Source of the DNA: Convolutriloba macropyga
Taxonomy: Eukaryota
Length of the DNA stretch: 64,000 nt
Assembly (NCBI RefSeq): GCF_964194025.1
Contig: NC_134473.1
Coordinates: forward strand, 73,036,001 to 73,100,000
Direction of reading: 5' to 3'
Shown here: positions 46,601-59,072 of the stretch, one piece after another
Numbering within the stretch: the first letter of the stretch is position 1
Layout of the letters: the number at the start of each line of letters is the position of its first letter
The notes under the pieces: generated by a model
Databases searched by the model: none
The model's input: only the letters and a program-made list of their open reading frames with translations
Told to the model about the DNA's origin: nothing
Made by a program: the position numbers and the translations under genes

Positions 46601-49098
46601 GTTCATGAATATTTGAAGTTCTTTGACCTTGAATCTCCTGAAATTGGGTATTTGTTGAGGCAAGGTTCACATCATGGATCTTGTCTATTTTTCTTTCTCT
46701 ATTTCTGGCTTGTTGTCTTTTTGGTTGCAGTTCATACCGTGTTGGGCTACTTCTTAGTCTGATATTGTCGATTTGTTGATGATCGTCACTTTCATCTTCT
46801 GTTGATTGTCGATCATTACTGTCGTAGTCTGTTGTCTGTTGATTTCTTCTGTGTAAAGGCATAATATTAATTGATGATTGTTTCCTGCTAAAAGGATATA
46901 AATTTTGTTGCCTTGATTGTTGCTGATTTGGCTGTGTTTTTTTTGTGTTTTCCGTTGGTCTGGGATGTTAGTGCCAACTGTCTGATTTGAACTGCAGTCA
47001 GATTCAGTACTTATATCTGATTGGTGTCTTTTTTGTTTTCTTTTAGCGTGTTTATAGGATTTGGGTTTTTCGTTTGATGTAGTGGTACCAACATCGCGTC
47101 TTATGGTAATTTTTTTGGTCGATGTTTTGCTCTTTGTAGCTAACGTCAATTGCTTCTCGGGATTTTGTCCAGCCCTCATCAGCATTGCTTTTTCTTTGTT
47201 GTACCTTCTCAAATTGTTGTGCTCTTCTTTGGCGCTAAGACAATTGACTGTCGGATTCTGTAGCAATTTCTGTTGATTCGTCTTTGCCATATTTTTTCCA
47301 CTTCAAGATAACCAGACTAAGTTCTGCTGATCTCTCCATTATTTCCTTCAGTTCATTTTGTGTGAGGTTGTATTTAAAAAGGTCGTCGCAGAAATTGTCT
47401 AACTGCAGCTTTTGTTGAGAAAGAGACTCATAGGACAAATTGATTTTCTCAAAATTTTCCTCTTGAATCATTGCCTCCAGATAGTCGTCATTGACTGTCC
47501 ATTCTGCTTCTCTCTTCTGCAGCTGTTGTTGTATCGCCTTTTTCTTATTGTTGGCGCTTGGCATATTGATACAGGTGCTTAATGCAACAGTTTTGAACTT
47601 TGTTCTTGTTTGATCTATCAGTTTGTCAGTTTTGGTTTTTGTTAAGTTTTTGTAATTGCTGAATGAAACAAGTATTATCAAAAGCAACTTCAATGGACAC
47701 GCGTAAGAAAATTCAGTTTGTTTGCTGCAGTAAAACATCTGCTCTGGACGCTTTTTTCTTGTTTTCCTGTTAATGTGTTGAGGGTGTTATTGTTCTGTGG
47801 CAGGGCGATATGATTACTTTTATACGAAAGCTACAGTATTAAGTGTTTTTACCTTTTCGATACAAAACTCCTTTGTTCTGAAATTTGAGTGAAAAAGCGA
47901 TCAGACCTGTTTTTTAATGAAGTGAGGTGTATTGTGGTCTATTTTTTTGTCTTTTATCCTAAACTTTTTTGGGTCTGTTGAACTTTGCAGATAGTCAGAG
48001 AACGTCAATTTATATCAAAACATGTTTATATAGTCAGAGAACGGACACATGATATCAAAACATGTTTATTATCGTTTTTTGATGCTGCAGGTTACTACTT
48101 GAACTTTAAATCTTTTCTCCACCGAACAAACTAAATCCGAAGTTTTTTTAACGTGCCTTCTGAAGTAGAAAGCGTTTGACTGTAATTGCTGTGTTCTTTC
48201 TTGCTTTACATTCTTTTTGAATCAAAAAACCGGAAACTTGATTATTATCTACGATAAAAACAAATTGCGAGTGTTCTTTATCTTTTTAATGTGTGTGTAT
48301 GTGTATGAACACTATCTGCTCCAGAGTTGAAACAATGTACACGCTTGCTGAAAAGTAGAAAACGTTATTGAACGCTAATCTCATCTAGAAATATGGAATA
48401 TTCTGTTGCAAATCGAAAAAGTGCAAAGCTTGTTCTTGTTTTTTTAACAGGAGCGTGGACAAAGTTTTCTTATATTAGATACAAGGTATATAAATATGAT
48501 ATTAGTATATAAATTTGATATTAGTAGTATTTTATAGTTATACAATTATATAAATGATACTTCGGATGAAGGCCCTTTGATTTTTTTAAACTTTGCTGTT
48601 CGTAAGAAATTAAAAATGAAATTAGGACTATTTGGTTGCTGAGAGACAAGCTTCTGTAGACGTAATTTCTTGTTACACATTTTTATACTTATCTATTTTC
48701 CTTCCTCCTTTTTTTCAACTCTTTATCTTCTTTATTCTGGTTCTTCGCTATTGTCGCTAAGTGACAACTCCTTTCTAACGAGTTTTAAAATACAACAAAC
48801 CATTTGAGCTATAGGAACAATGGAAATTGTTTTGAAAAAATTTTTTAAAGTGCTCCCTGATTTTGTTAACTTTTTTTCAGTGTTTCAATTTCAGAAGTTT
48901 GGTTGCTTTCAATGTGTTTGTCGTTAAAAAAGGTCACCAATGTTTACTAATTATTCACAAGAAATTTCCAGTTTAATATGAATTGCTAGGCTGCACAAGT
49001 GGGTAAAACATAAAAGGCGCAAATTTTACAAACCAAAACAAATCAGAAGTCATCAATCAATCAAAACAAATTAAGGAAATCAAGCTTGTGCTTGAACA
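40628..49098 (-). mobile_element. Older degenerate BEL/Pao LTR retrotransposon with short LTRs
   Basis: 158-bp LTRs at 40628-40785 and 48941-49098 (TG..CA, about 10 mismatches), TSD GCGGG, PBS TGGTGACC (tRNA-Trp-like). Fragments DSGS, LLTGPNLL, GDIEAMFMQV, HIFCDAS, TIPKLEL, KHPVIL and ALTPNHFL. Confidence 0.92.
41598..42195 (+). mobile_element. Inverted 5' end (LTR + PBS + 5' UTR) of the same BEL family, inside the integrase
   Basis: Reverse complement of ~48490-49098; LTR at 41598-41755 followed by TTGGTGACG. Confidence 0.88.
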
Positions 49099-50345
49099 GC
49101 GGGCGTCCACGTACGGAGCCTGAAACCAGCCTGTTGCAGTTGAGGTGTGCTTCAATGCAACATAAAAAGGAACAGTTATACTTTAAACTTTGGATTTCTA
49201 TCATGCCACGTTACACGTTGTTTTGGGTTTTGATTCTAAGCTCACAAAAATCTCGATATTTCAAAAAGTTGACCGTAGCAATCAAATTAGCTTCTCATTT
49301 ATTTTGGGGCAGTTCTAATATTTTTATTGCCTTAGTGGCCGAAGAATCAGTTCGGATCCTTTATTAACTTTGATTGGCATGCGAAAAGTTTGCGATTAGT
49401 TGTGATAATTTTGTATAAATTTTTGTGAGAGTCCTTTTTGTGATTTTTTTCTGTCATATTGGTTTATTGAAAAACTTTTGAACTGAAAACATTATTTGAA
49501 TGAATAACTATTGATAAGAAAACTTCACTCTCTAAATATATATAGTTGAAGTTTATTTCTTGTCGAAATGCGAATAATAGTGAACTTTCCTTAGAAATTT
49601 TGTTGGAAACCCATGAAGAAAAAAACTACAAAAAATCCGGGTTTCTGAGTTCAAAATTTTTGCAAAGAACCAATATAATTTTGTTTTAATATAGCAGAAT
49701 AAATCAAGAAAAATGTGATTCCTTTTGTCAGCTAGAACTTATCGTTTTGCCCCAAAACCTAACAAAAACGGTTTAAAAATTGATGTGTATCTTTTTAGTT
49801 TGTGCCTGCTTTGTGGAGGATAATTTCTGAACTTCATTCTGATTCAGAGCTATTTCAGAAATGCATTTTGAATCTTCCTCTGATTCAGAGAAATACATAG
49901 GACATTGTTTCTGAGTTTTGCTTTGACGTAGAGAGATTTTAGAGCCTGTCGTACGCAAGTTAAATTGCGTACTTAATCTTGAGTCGCGAGTTGCGTTTAT
50001 GTTTTATGTCCTACTTGCGCGGCGAGTGCGCTTTACACAATTTCTAAGTGAATCCGCTTAGCGAATCGCTTGGTGATTATTCGTCTACTTTACTTGAGTC
50101 GTAAAGACAGTTAATGAAGAATAAGTTAAATTGAGCAACTGTACGCGAAGTGCAAAACTAAGAGAATGAAAATTAAGGCAACTGGTATTCTAGAAGTCAT
50201 AACAGACGTGAACAATAATTTCCAGCTATGGGAAATGGGAACAACAGACTGACATGTGAAATAACATTGACTTGTACACATGCCCCTCAGGAATAAGTAC
50301 ACTAAACAAATTAAGTACATCGTATAATAAATTTACTGCACTGAA

Positions 50346-53300
50346 TTAATTTATGATGTATGACATTTCTCCCGTTAATTTGTTAAAAGAAAAGAGTACT
50401 CGCGATGCGGGATCGGAAGTGGTAGTAAATAATTTAGAAGTGTTGACTTTTGAAGTAGGATATGTATGTGCGAATACGGAATCATTTTGAGTTGAATGTA
50501 CTCGCTGATCATGTGCACTAATACAATTAATACTATAAGTGGGATGAAGAAATGAGTTATGTTTTTGATCTGCGAATGATTTAGTATTATCGGTTAAGTG
50601 TACGCGCGAGGCGTGTTTACTATACGGATGATTGAATTTAAGGGAGGTTACGTTAGAGTTGTATTTTCGCGCCGCGAGATTTGAACTAAAATTTGTTAAG
50701 CGTACACGCTGGGCGGACTTTATGTCTAAATTAGAAGTTTGTTTTGAACATAATTTTGAACTATTGTTTCGCGGGGCGAGTAATTCATGAATTTTTGTTT
50801 GAAGATTTGGTGTTACGTAATCTCTAATTAGAACTTGTTCAGTATTAGTGGTGGAATTTTTATTTTCACCATCAATATCAATATATAATTTATGAAGTGA
50901 ATGAGCAAAGAGGTTGTGTTTTCGTTGAAGTGATTGAGCATCAGAACGTATGCTTGATAACGTTGCGACTAAAAATTCCTCATCATATTTGGAACCACTT
51001 TTTGCTGGTTGATATGGATTTCGAGATATGTAATCAACTAGTCCCTTTTTCGCGCCAGGTAGATGCTCTATGGAGAATTGATAAGGCAAAAGACGATCAA
51101 CCCATCGTGATAATCTACTATGGTAACTTTTATTTGATCGATGTTCTTTTAAAATGGAAAGTAATGCGCGGTGATCAGTGATAACAGTGAATTCTTTACC
51201 ATACAAATAATTTTTAAAATATTCTATGGACCACACTACCCCAAGAAGTTCTAATTCGTTAATACTATAACGATCTTCACTACTGTTTAAAAATCTTGAT
51301 GCAAAAGAAATCGGCTTCCAACCGTCAGCTGTTAGTTGTTCTAGTGCTGCTCCCAATCCGGAGCGAGAAGCATCACATTTGATTCGTGTTTCGAGTTGGG
51401 GGTTATAGTGAATGTTTTCTGTATGATTTGCTATGCGAGTTTTTATGGCATTAAAATGTAGCGTCTGAGTGTCAGTCCAAATGTATTTAGTTGACTTACG
51501 AAGTAGAGGTCTTAAAGGATGGCAGAGTTGAGCTACATTGGGAATGAATTTACTAATATAGTGGACTGAGCCGAGAAATGAGCGTAATTTTTTAAGTGTA
51601 TTAGGTGGTTGCAATGACATAATAGAGGATGTTTTAGATTCGAGTGGCGATATCCCAGATTGAGTTATATTATATCCTAACCAGGAAACTTGTTGCTTCG
51701 CAAAGTGACATTTAGGAAGGTTAATTCGAAGATTATCTGCGTCCAGTTTTTTAAGACAATCTAACACAAGTTGGAAGTGATCATCTTCGGAACCTTTACT
51801 TACAATTAGGATGTAGTCTAGGAAACAAAATGTATTTTTAAGACCAATCAAGGTGTAATCCGTTGCCTTCTGAAACTCGGCAGGCATGTCTGTTAGACCA
51901 TAAAATCCCGTTTTGACGATATGTGCCTGTCATGTCACCACATTCAATATCAAAATTACAGTGTTTAGCAGTTTAAGGATGTAAGTTTAGTTGGCTGTAT
52001 GCATATTTAAGATCTATAGTAGAGAAAAATATTTGTTCCGCTGGTTGTGTTTTGTAGTTTGTTATTATTTGTGATATGGAATCCATAAGTGTTTCAATAT
52101 TTGGCATCTGATATTTGTTCTTGTGTATTGCTTTGTTAAGAGTTTTAGAATCTAATGCTAACTTTATGGTTTGATCTCGTTTGACTGTGATTACAATAGG
52201 TGAAATAAAGTATTGGTCAGAACAGTTATTCAGTTTTTCTATATGTTCCTCTTCAAGAAGTTTTTTTAAATTCATTATTTACTCATTCTTGTAAATTAAT
52301 GCGTACTCTTCTACCCTTTTGGTGTTTTGGCTGAAAATTTCGATGGAATTTAGATTTAAAAATGTATATTTTTGAACGACCAATACGTGTAATAATTTGA
52401 GGAAATCGTTTTGCAATACGTGTTTTAAATGGACATTGAGATGTGATAGTGTTGACCATACTACCTTCATTTTTTGGAATTTGAAATTTTGATATTCTAA
52501 GAGCGTCAAATAGATCTCTACCCACTAGTGGTTTTAGCCCGTCACGGACTACCACAAATTCAGCTTCTTCAAGTCGCCATCCATTGCTCTCAATTGGTGC
52601 CTGTATCATACCCGTCACGTTTATGGGTTCGTTTGAAAATGTTTTGAGTTCCTGGGGAGGCGCTATCATCAGCCAACGAGCAAGAGGAGAATTTTCCACA
52701 ATCTCCGAAGCAAGAGACTCGGGTAAAATACTGCATACACTGCCTGAATCAATGAGAAGTCCAACGTGGGTATCACCAATTTGTATGGTGGTTTTCTTTG
52801 GTTCGATCTGTATTGCGTTACTTGCGATGCTAGCGACCATATTGTCATCTGAGCTATCGTAGTCTGATTCGCATTGCGGGTTATAATTCATATTTTGTAT
52901 GGCGTTTATCGTTTGGTCAGTTGGAATTTCTTCAAGAGAGTTAACATTGGATTGGGTGGGTTTATTTGATGATGACTTCGGTTTCCTGCACACTCGCGAA
53001 AAATGGTTTTGGAGACCACAGTTATTGCAAGCCTTGCCTCTCGCAATACACTTGACTTTATGATTAGCTGACCAAGTTAAACCACAGTTCCTGCAGAGTT
53101 GATTTGGTGATCGAGTAAAACTAGATGTAGTCGGCCGTTGATTCGGTGGTCGAAAAGATCGTTGAGGAATTATTGCATTAATTTGCGGAGCAGATTGCAA
53201 GTTTGTAATCCGTAGTTGGTTTCTTTGACCCAATTCCATATTTATGGCCAAACGTAATGCTTGGGCTGGTTCTAGAGTTTCTCGCAACAATTCCCGTTGA

Positions 53301-53962
53301 ATTTCCGGATCTAACATATTTGCAATAAATAAGTCTCTGATAAGAGTATCTTCTTGACTCCCGAGCTCACAATTTTCAGAAAGTTCTTTCAATTTTCCAA
53401 AGAAATGTTCGATAGACTCTCCTCTTGTCTGTTTTGGGTTGAGAAGTACGTACCTATCAAATGTGATATTGCGCTGACGAATAAATGCTGCTTCCATAAT
53501 TGTCCAAAGTTCTGCTGTTGAGAGGTTGTCCATCTTGAGGTGTGGATTTTGGCTACAAACAATTCGACGTCCTTCAGTGCCCAAACTGAGATATAGCATT
53601 GACACAGTCTTTCGATTGGCCTGTGCCCATGGTTTGTCTCTGCACATTATTCCTATCTCCAGTTGTCTCTGACACCGATTTTCTCAGTTCATTTTTGATT
53701 GAGCATTCCTCGCCAATCTTTCCCTCTCCGACTGTGCCGATGATCCTGTTATCGTGTCCTCATAGATCGGTTCAAGTGGTAGTTGCACTGTTTTGGGTTT
53801 TGGTTCCAACAAAGTGTCTATTGTAATATTTTCCTTCGCAAGAAGAGCTAACTTGGCCTGCATCTGCCACTTTTCCCATTTCAGCGGAGGGTCTACATTA
53901 GGTTTATCCCAAAATGGCTCAATGCCAAGTGGGGTCCGCTTCTGAGCTGCTGACTGCGCCAT
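50346..53962 (-). pseudogene. Gypsy gag-PR-RT-RNase H with frameshifts, a stop and a mutated RT motif
   Basis: Two CCHC knuckles (CRNCG..H..C, CNNCG..H..C), LIDSGS, IDLKYAYSQL, FLDYILI (DD->DY), CDASRSGLGA, YSINELELLGVV, TDHRAL and VDYISR. Confidence 0.9.
53947..53961 (-). promoter_or_regulatory. Gypsy PBS (tRNA-Ser-like)
   Basis: TGGCGCAGTCAGCAG abuts the LTR and is complementary to a CTGCTGACTGCGCCA tRNA 3' end typical of tRNA-Ser. Confidence 0.7.
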
Positions 53963-56539
53963 GTCGTACGCAAGTGAAATTGCGTACTTAATCTTGAGTC
54001 GCGAGTTGCGTTTATGTTTTTTGTCCTACTTGCGCGGCGAGTGCGCTTTACACAATTTCTAAGTGAATCCGCTTAGCGAATCGCTTGGTGATTATTCGTC
54101 TACTTTACTTGAGTCGTAAAGACAGTTAATGAAGAATAAGTTAAATTGAGCAACTGTACGCGAAGTGCAAAACTAAGAGAATGAAAATTAAGGCAACTGG
54201 TATTCTAGAAGTCATAACAGACGTGAACAATAATTTCCAGCTATGGGAAATGGGAACAACAGACTAGCATGTGAAATAACATTGACTTGTACACATGCCC
54301 CTCAGGAATAAGTACACTAAACAAATTAAGTACATCGTATAATCAATTTACTGCACTGAATTAATTTATGATGTATGACAGAGCCGATGCAGAGACTCTT
54401 CTGATAACTTTCTGAATCAATACTGAAAGTTAAAATTACTCTGAGAAAGATCTGTATTAGTTCTGATGTTCACTGAGACGGGCTGTTGGTTCAGTACTTT
54501 CAGGCATATATGGCTTTTTTCTGCTTTGGTTAAATTCAGTTGTTAGTTAATTCATAATGAACTCTTTTCTGAGCTTACTTTTCTGTGCCTCAATTTTTTA
54601 TTATAAAAATTTGTTCGCAGCCCGGCGGCAGTCTTTTTTCTCATAAAAAACACAGTATCTTACCTTTATCTCAACTTTCTTAACCGGAGCAGCTTTAATT
54701 TTGACAAATTCATAACAATGGGCACACTAAAGTACAAAAATACTATGAATGAGAACTGAAATAAAATGCAAACTCTGTCATGGAAACTTAGCAAAATCAA
54801 ACTAGTCTTAGTGACCATTTTTATTAAAAAAATATATGTGTTCTGCTCTACGGAGTCGTTTGTGAACCATATCTACAATTGTCGAGTATTTAACTGAGAT
54901 TCAATTAATAGTAAAACTAAGCCCTCCCTCATAACTTTCAATTAGCCTAAAACTTAGTTTCTTGAATTTTCTATCGTAATTCAAGCCAGATTTTAGAAAT
55001 TAAATATTCTTAAGAGACCAGTAAGTTATGAACTACAATGTAGCTTTTTTAATCAGCTACTGGTAATGCGATATTTTCTATGCAAGTTTTTAAAAGTTGA
55101 ACCTTGTTTAATTTCTGTCTAATTGGCTTGTTGTTATCTGATATCGCAGAAAACAATAACAAGATAGAGTAATTTTAATCGAGTAAAAGGTACATTCTGC
55201 TGCGTAATGCTTACGACTCATTTTCAAATGTGCCATCTACTGAATATTTTTGCAAATAGAAAAAAGAACTATTCTCATGTTTCTTGTTGATCTCTGTGAC
55301 CAATAAAGTGCAGGTTGTTCTCTTAACTTTGCGTTGCTCTCTTAATCAGTGTACCATTTAATTCGTATTAATTACGAAAAACTACTGAATTTACTGCAAG
55401 ACAGAAAGAAAGAAAGAATAAATTTCTCCTTTTTATGATAAAATAAATCAATTTAAATTGTTGATTTAAATTGCAGAATATTCTGCATTATTATGCAGAA
55501 TAACCATTAATGATTACTTTCAATCATTAAAGTGATTCAATTCAGAGAGAAATTAAACAAGTTCATTGCTCTTATGTTGTTACAAATTATCACTGCGGAA
55601 AATACACTACTTGTTGTTTATCGTACATTCTAAAAGTCGAGTTCTTTCACGCGTTTTGCTGATTTAATAATTCATTCATTTTTTTTGTTTAATGATTGAA
55701 GTCACGATTGAAGAAAAGAACAGAAAAAAGCTTAAACTGATCACACTCGACCCGCGCTAAGTTAATTAGATTCGTGACTTCTCCACTTTAATTGAAATAC
55801 GAAGTTAAGAAAAAGCTAAAAGTTACTTTGTTCAGTTATCAAACTTTCTTCCTCTCAAAAAAGTCAAGTTCTTAAAAGTTCATCGAAGGATTGGCGTTGA
55901 ACTATCCTTAAAAATAAAGGTGTGATTTATTTATCCTAGTTAAAAAAAACAAACCTTCAGTGACTTCTCTTCAGTTTCCGATAAAAATAACTTGACTTCT
56001 TTTACCGTCTTCCGTTCAAAATTTTGATTCGTATCCTATCAGTAAACGGAGGAGAGAATGAACAATTCTGAAAGAAAAGAACATGTTCACACGTTATGTG
56101 CTATGCTGGTTGTAATGCAATTTTGTAATACAATCTGCCAGGTAGGAATATTATGATCTTTCCAATTAAACCATCATCACCCCCCCCCCCCCGCAAAATT
56201 ATAACCCCCATTATGGTTTAAAATAATGGGGGAGGCTGATCTTTTCCGTTTGCCCCCCCCCCTCCAAGCCGCATAACATTTTATTTTGCAATGCACCCGG
56301 GTTGAACAAACTTACCAACCATAAAAAGTTCCATAATGTTCCAATAAAGTTCCATAAAAAAATTTCTTTCTATGAACTTGCTATGGTTTGTCACAAACAA
56401 CGCTTAATATTTGGAATTCAGAAAACATCGTTTTATTTCAGGTCTTGATGCACGTGGTATCTGCTACATGTACGACCACGACCAACATTGACAGCCAATT
56501 AGGTAACAAGATTGCATCTGAAATCTGAACCCCCGCCCC

Positions 56540-57188
56540 CCTTACACACGCACAAACTTACAAAAACAAATGCGAAACACACAAACACCACATATGTACA
56601 AACACTAAACATACAAACGCACATATATTTGCTCAACAGCGGACTAAATCAACAAAAGACATATACACACGAATACAAAAGCAGAGGTAGACAAAAGCAA
56701 CAAAATACACACAGACACCACAACTCACACACGCATACACACACACACACACTCACAGGTAAAAGAATGAAACAAACACGCACGCATACACAGAAGCACG
56801 CATAAACAAAACGTGCACGCACAAAAACACAAGCACACACACACACACACATACACACACACACACGCGCGGACACACCCACATGCACACACACAAACAC
56901 ACACAAAAATCCCACGCACGCACCTGTACACACACAAACACACAACTAGACATACAGACACCAAAAACACACACACAACGCATCCTCACACACATATACA
57001 CACATACACACGCACGCGAGCACACATGCACACACACAAACACCCACAGAAATAAGCTTAAATAATTCATACAATCGCACAGATGCTAACAGAGATACAA
57101 AAAGGCAAAATCACGCATACAGGATACTCATACGCACGCACAAAAACACACAAACACACAGACAAACACAACCAGACCCACCCACCAA
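56540..57188. repeat. Degenerate (CA)n-rich microsatellite region running into the assembly gap
   Basis: Interrupted CA/CACG/CATA repeats; these account for the HT- and VC-rich spurious ORFs. Confidence 0.92.
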
Positions 57189-57388
57189 NNNNNNNNNNNN
57201 NNNNNNNNNNNNNNNNNNNNNNNNNNNNNNNNNNNNNNNNNNNNNNNNNNNNNNNNNNNNNNNNNNNNNNNNNNNNNNNNNNNNNNNNNNNNNNNNNNNN
57301 NNNNNNNNNNNNNNNNNNNNNNNNNNNNNNNNNNNNNNNNNNNNNNNNNNNNNNNNNNNNNNNNNNNNNNNNNNNNNNNNNNNNNNNN
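57189..57388. other. Scaffold gap (200 N)
   Basis: Run of exactly 200 N, probably a placeholder length. Confidence 0.99.
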
Positions 57389-57942
57389 TTCAGAACAGGA
57401 GTTACGCTTATTGCGAAAAACAGATACGTAAATCGTGCAAGAAAATCACTGACAGCGCGTAAAAAAATTGGATAAGAAGTTTCCATCTAAATTCCCTGGT
57501 CAAAATTTGGACACTTTTGCAAACGCGGGTTGCGCAATTCCCTTCAGTTACGCCTAAATTTGCGAAATAATCTGCTTTTCGTAACCTTGTTCCATTTTCA
57601 ATGTATTAACAAAGGAAAAGCGAACAAGAGATACACAGATCGGACAGATGTGGATTTTGTCCGATTTGTCAGGATTGGTCGTTTCAAAAGGACTTTCAAA
57701 CGAGGACATGAACCAACAGAACCTTTGAACAACTCAAAGTATTGATCATAGGAAAAGAGGAAAGAGGTCTGAATGGAACGGGCCATTTGGACCAAGGACC
57801 TCAACTGGGGCAGCATTTTGCATTTTTCTCTTATTGTGTTGTTTTGGAACTTTCTGTTCCACAAAGATTCATATCAGCCTCCCTGTTTAATATGAATCAG
57901 AGAAGTTAAAGACAATTGAAGAAGACGTCCAGTTTGATGCTG

Positions 57943-58082
57943 CCCCCCCCCCCCAGCTTAGTGAGCATAAATTTTTTATGACCCCCAGGCACACGTGCTA
58001 TTTTCTTACGTAGTAACGTGCTATATAACAACTGTAACTGGGGGTCATAAAAAACACTGGGGGGGGGGGACAGAATAGATCC
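57943..58082. mobile_element. Left-truncated hAT-type MITE
   Basis: Reverse-oriented relative of 18043-18210, ending GGGGACAGAATAGATCC. Confidence 0.7.
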
Positions 58083-58189
58083 GAAATCTTTTTCAACCCA
58101 CGTGCAATTTATAATCGTTCACGTTCTTCTGAGTCGTATTTTGAGGTCTGGCCGATTATAACATCCTCTCCCCGAGCTTACTGGGCATG

Positions 58190-58370
58190 GGATCTTTTCC
58201 GTTTGCGCCCCCCCCCCCCCCAGCTTAGCGGGCGCATAATACTTGCAACCCCCAGACGAACGTGCCATAATTTTTACATACTGATTTACTATGTAATGGC
58301 ACGTGCTCTGTAACGGGGGGGGGGGGGGAGCATAGCGTACTGGGGGGGGGGGCACAAACGAAAAGGATCC
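58190..58370. mobile_element. hAT-type MITE with perfect 8-bp TSD
   Basis: TGGGCATG|GGATCTTTTCCGTTTG...CAAACGAAAAGGATCC|TGGGCATG. Confidence 0.88.
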
Positions 58371-59072
58371 TGGGCATGTAACACATACCGCCAGTTACTG
58401 TATTTATACCATTATTGTGGGTTTATAGTTTAGTTAGGTGGGAAATAATGGAAAACACCAATTTTTTCAATTTTGGACCCTACAAGGTCAATTAGGCCAT
58501 GTGAACTTCAATTGTGAACCAATGTTAACCACTAGAACTTTTGTTTTGAAAGAAATACCAAATGGACTAAGTAAACGTTTATCCAACTCTTGGAAGTTCA
58601 ATTTAGAAAATCTTGTCCAGACTACTCCACTCAAAAATGTCAGTTTCGACAACCACCAGCTGTAACTTATTGGTCTTTGATTTAATTTTAGTGCTCTTCA
58701 GGCAAACGTCAATATTTGTTTTATTGGAGCTCTAAAAAATTTGCCGAAGAGACTCAAAAATGATCATTAGAATTGGCGCTACTGGTGACGTAACAAAAAT
58801 CCAGCCTATAAAAATGGGAAAAGAAGAGGTGAGCTATTTTACGAAAAAAGGTGAAAACGCGCCTTTTTCGGTTTTGGTTCGAAAACCTGCCCTTATAGTG
58901 AAAACCATAAATAAACGGCTGTGCCTGTTATCCTCGTTTCCTACAGGAAATATTTTCAAAAATGAATATTAAAAAAAAAACAAAAACATTCTCTGTTTCG
59001 AATATAGTGGGCCATTATTTCGAATTTGCACTGCTTCGATAATTGTTTTTGTGACAAATAGTTGGTTGGGAT

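Larger units (their letters stand above)
49947..54380 (-). mobile_element. Ty3/Gypsy (Mag-like) LTR retrotransposon lacking integrase
   Basis: 419-bp LTRs at 49947-50365 and 53962-54380 (TG..CA, about 5 mismatches), TSD GAGCC, PBS TGGCGCAGTCAGCAG, PPT AACGGGAGAAA. Confidence 0.95.

Noticed and set aside
56512-57486. His/Thr- and Val/Cys-rich ORFs
   Set aside because: Translations of a CA microsatellite and the N gap
57530-57900. Higher-complexity stretch with 71- and 88-aa ORFs
   Set aside because: No recognisable domain or supported exon structure
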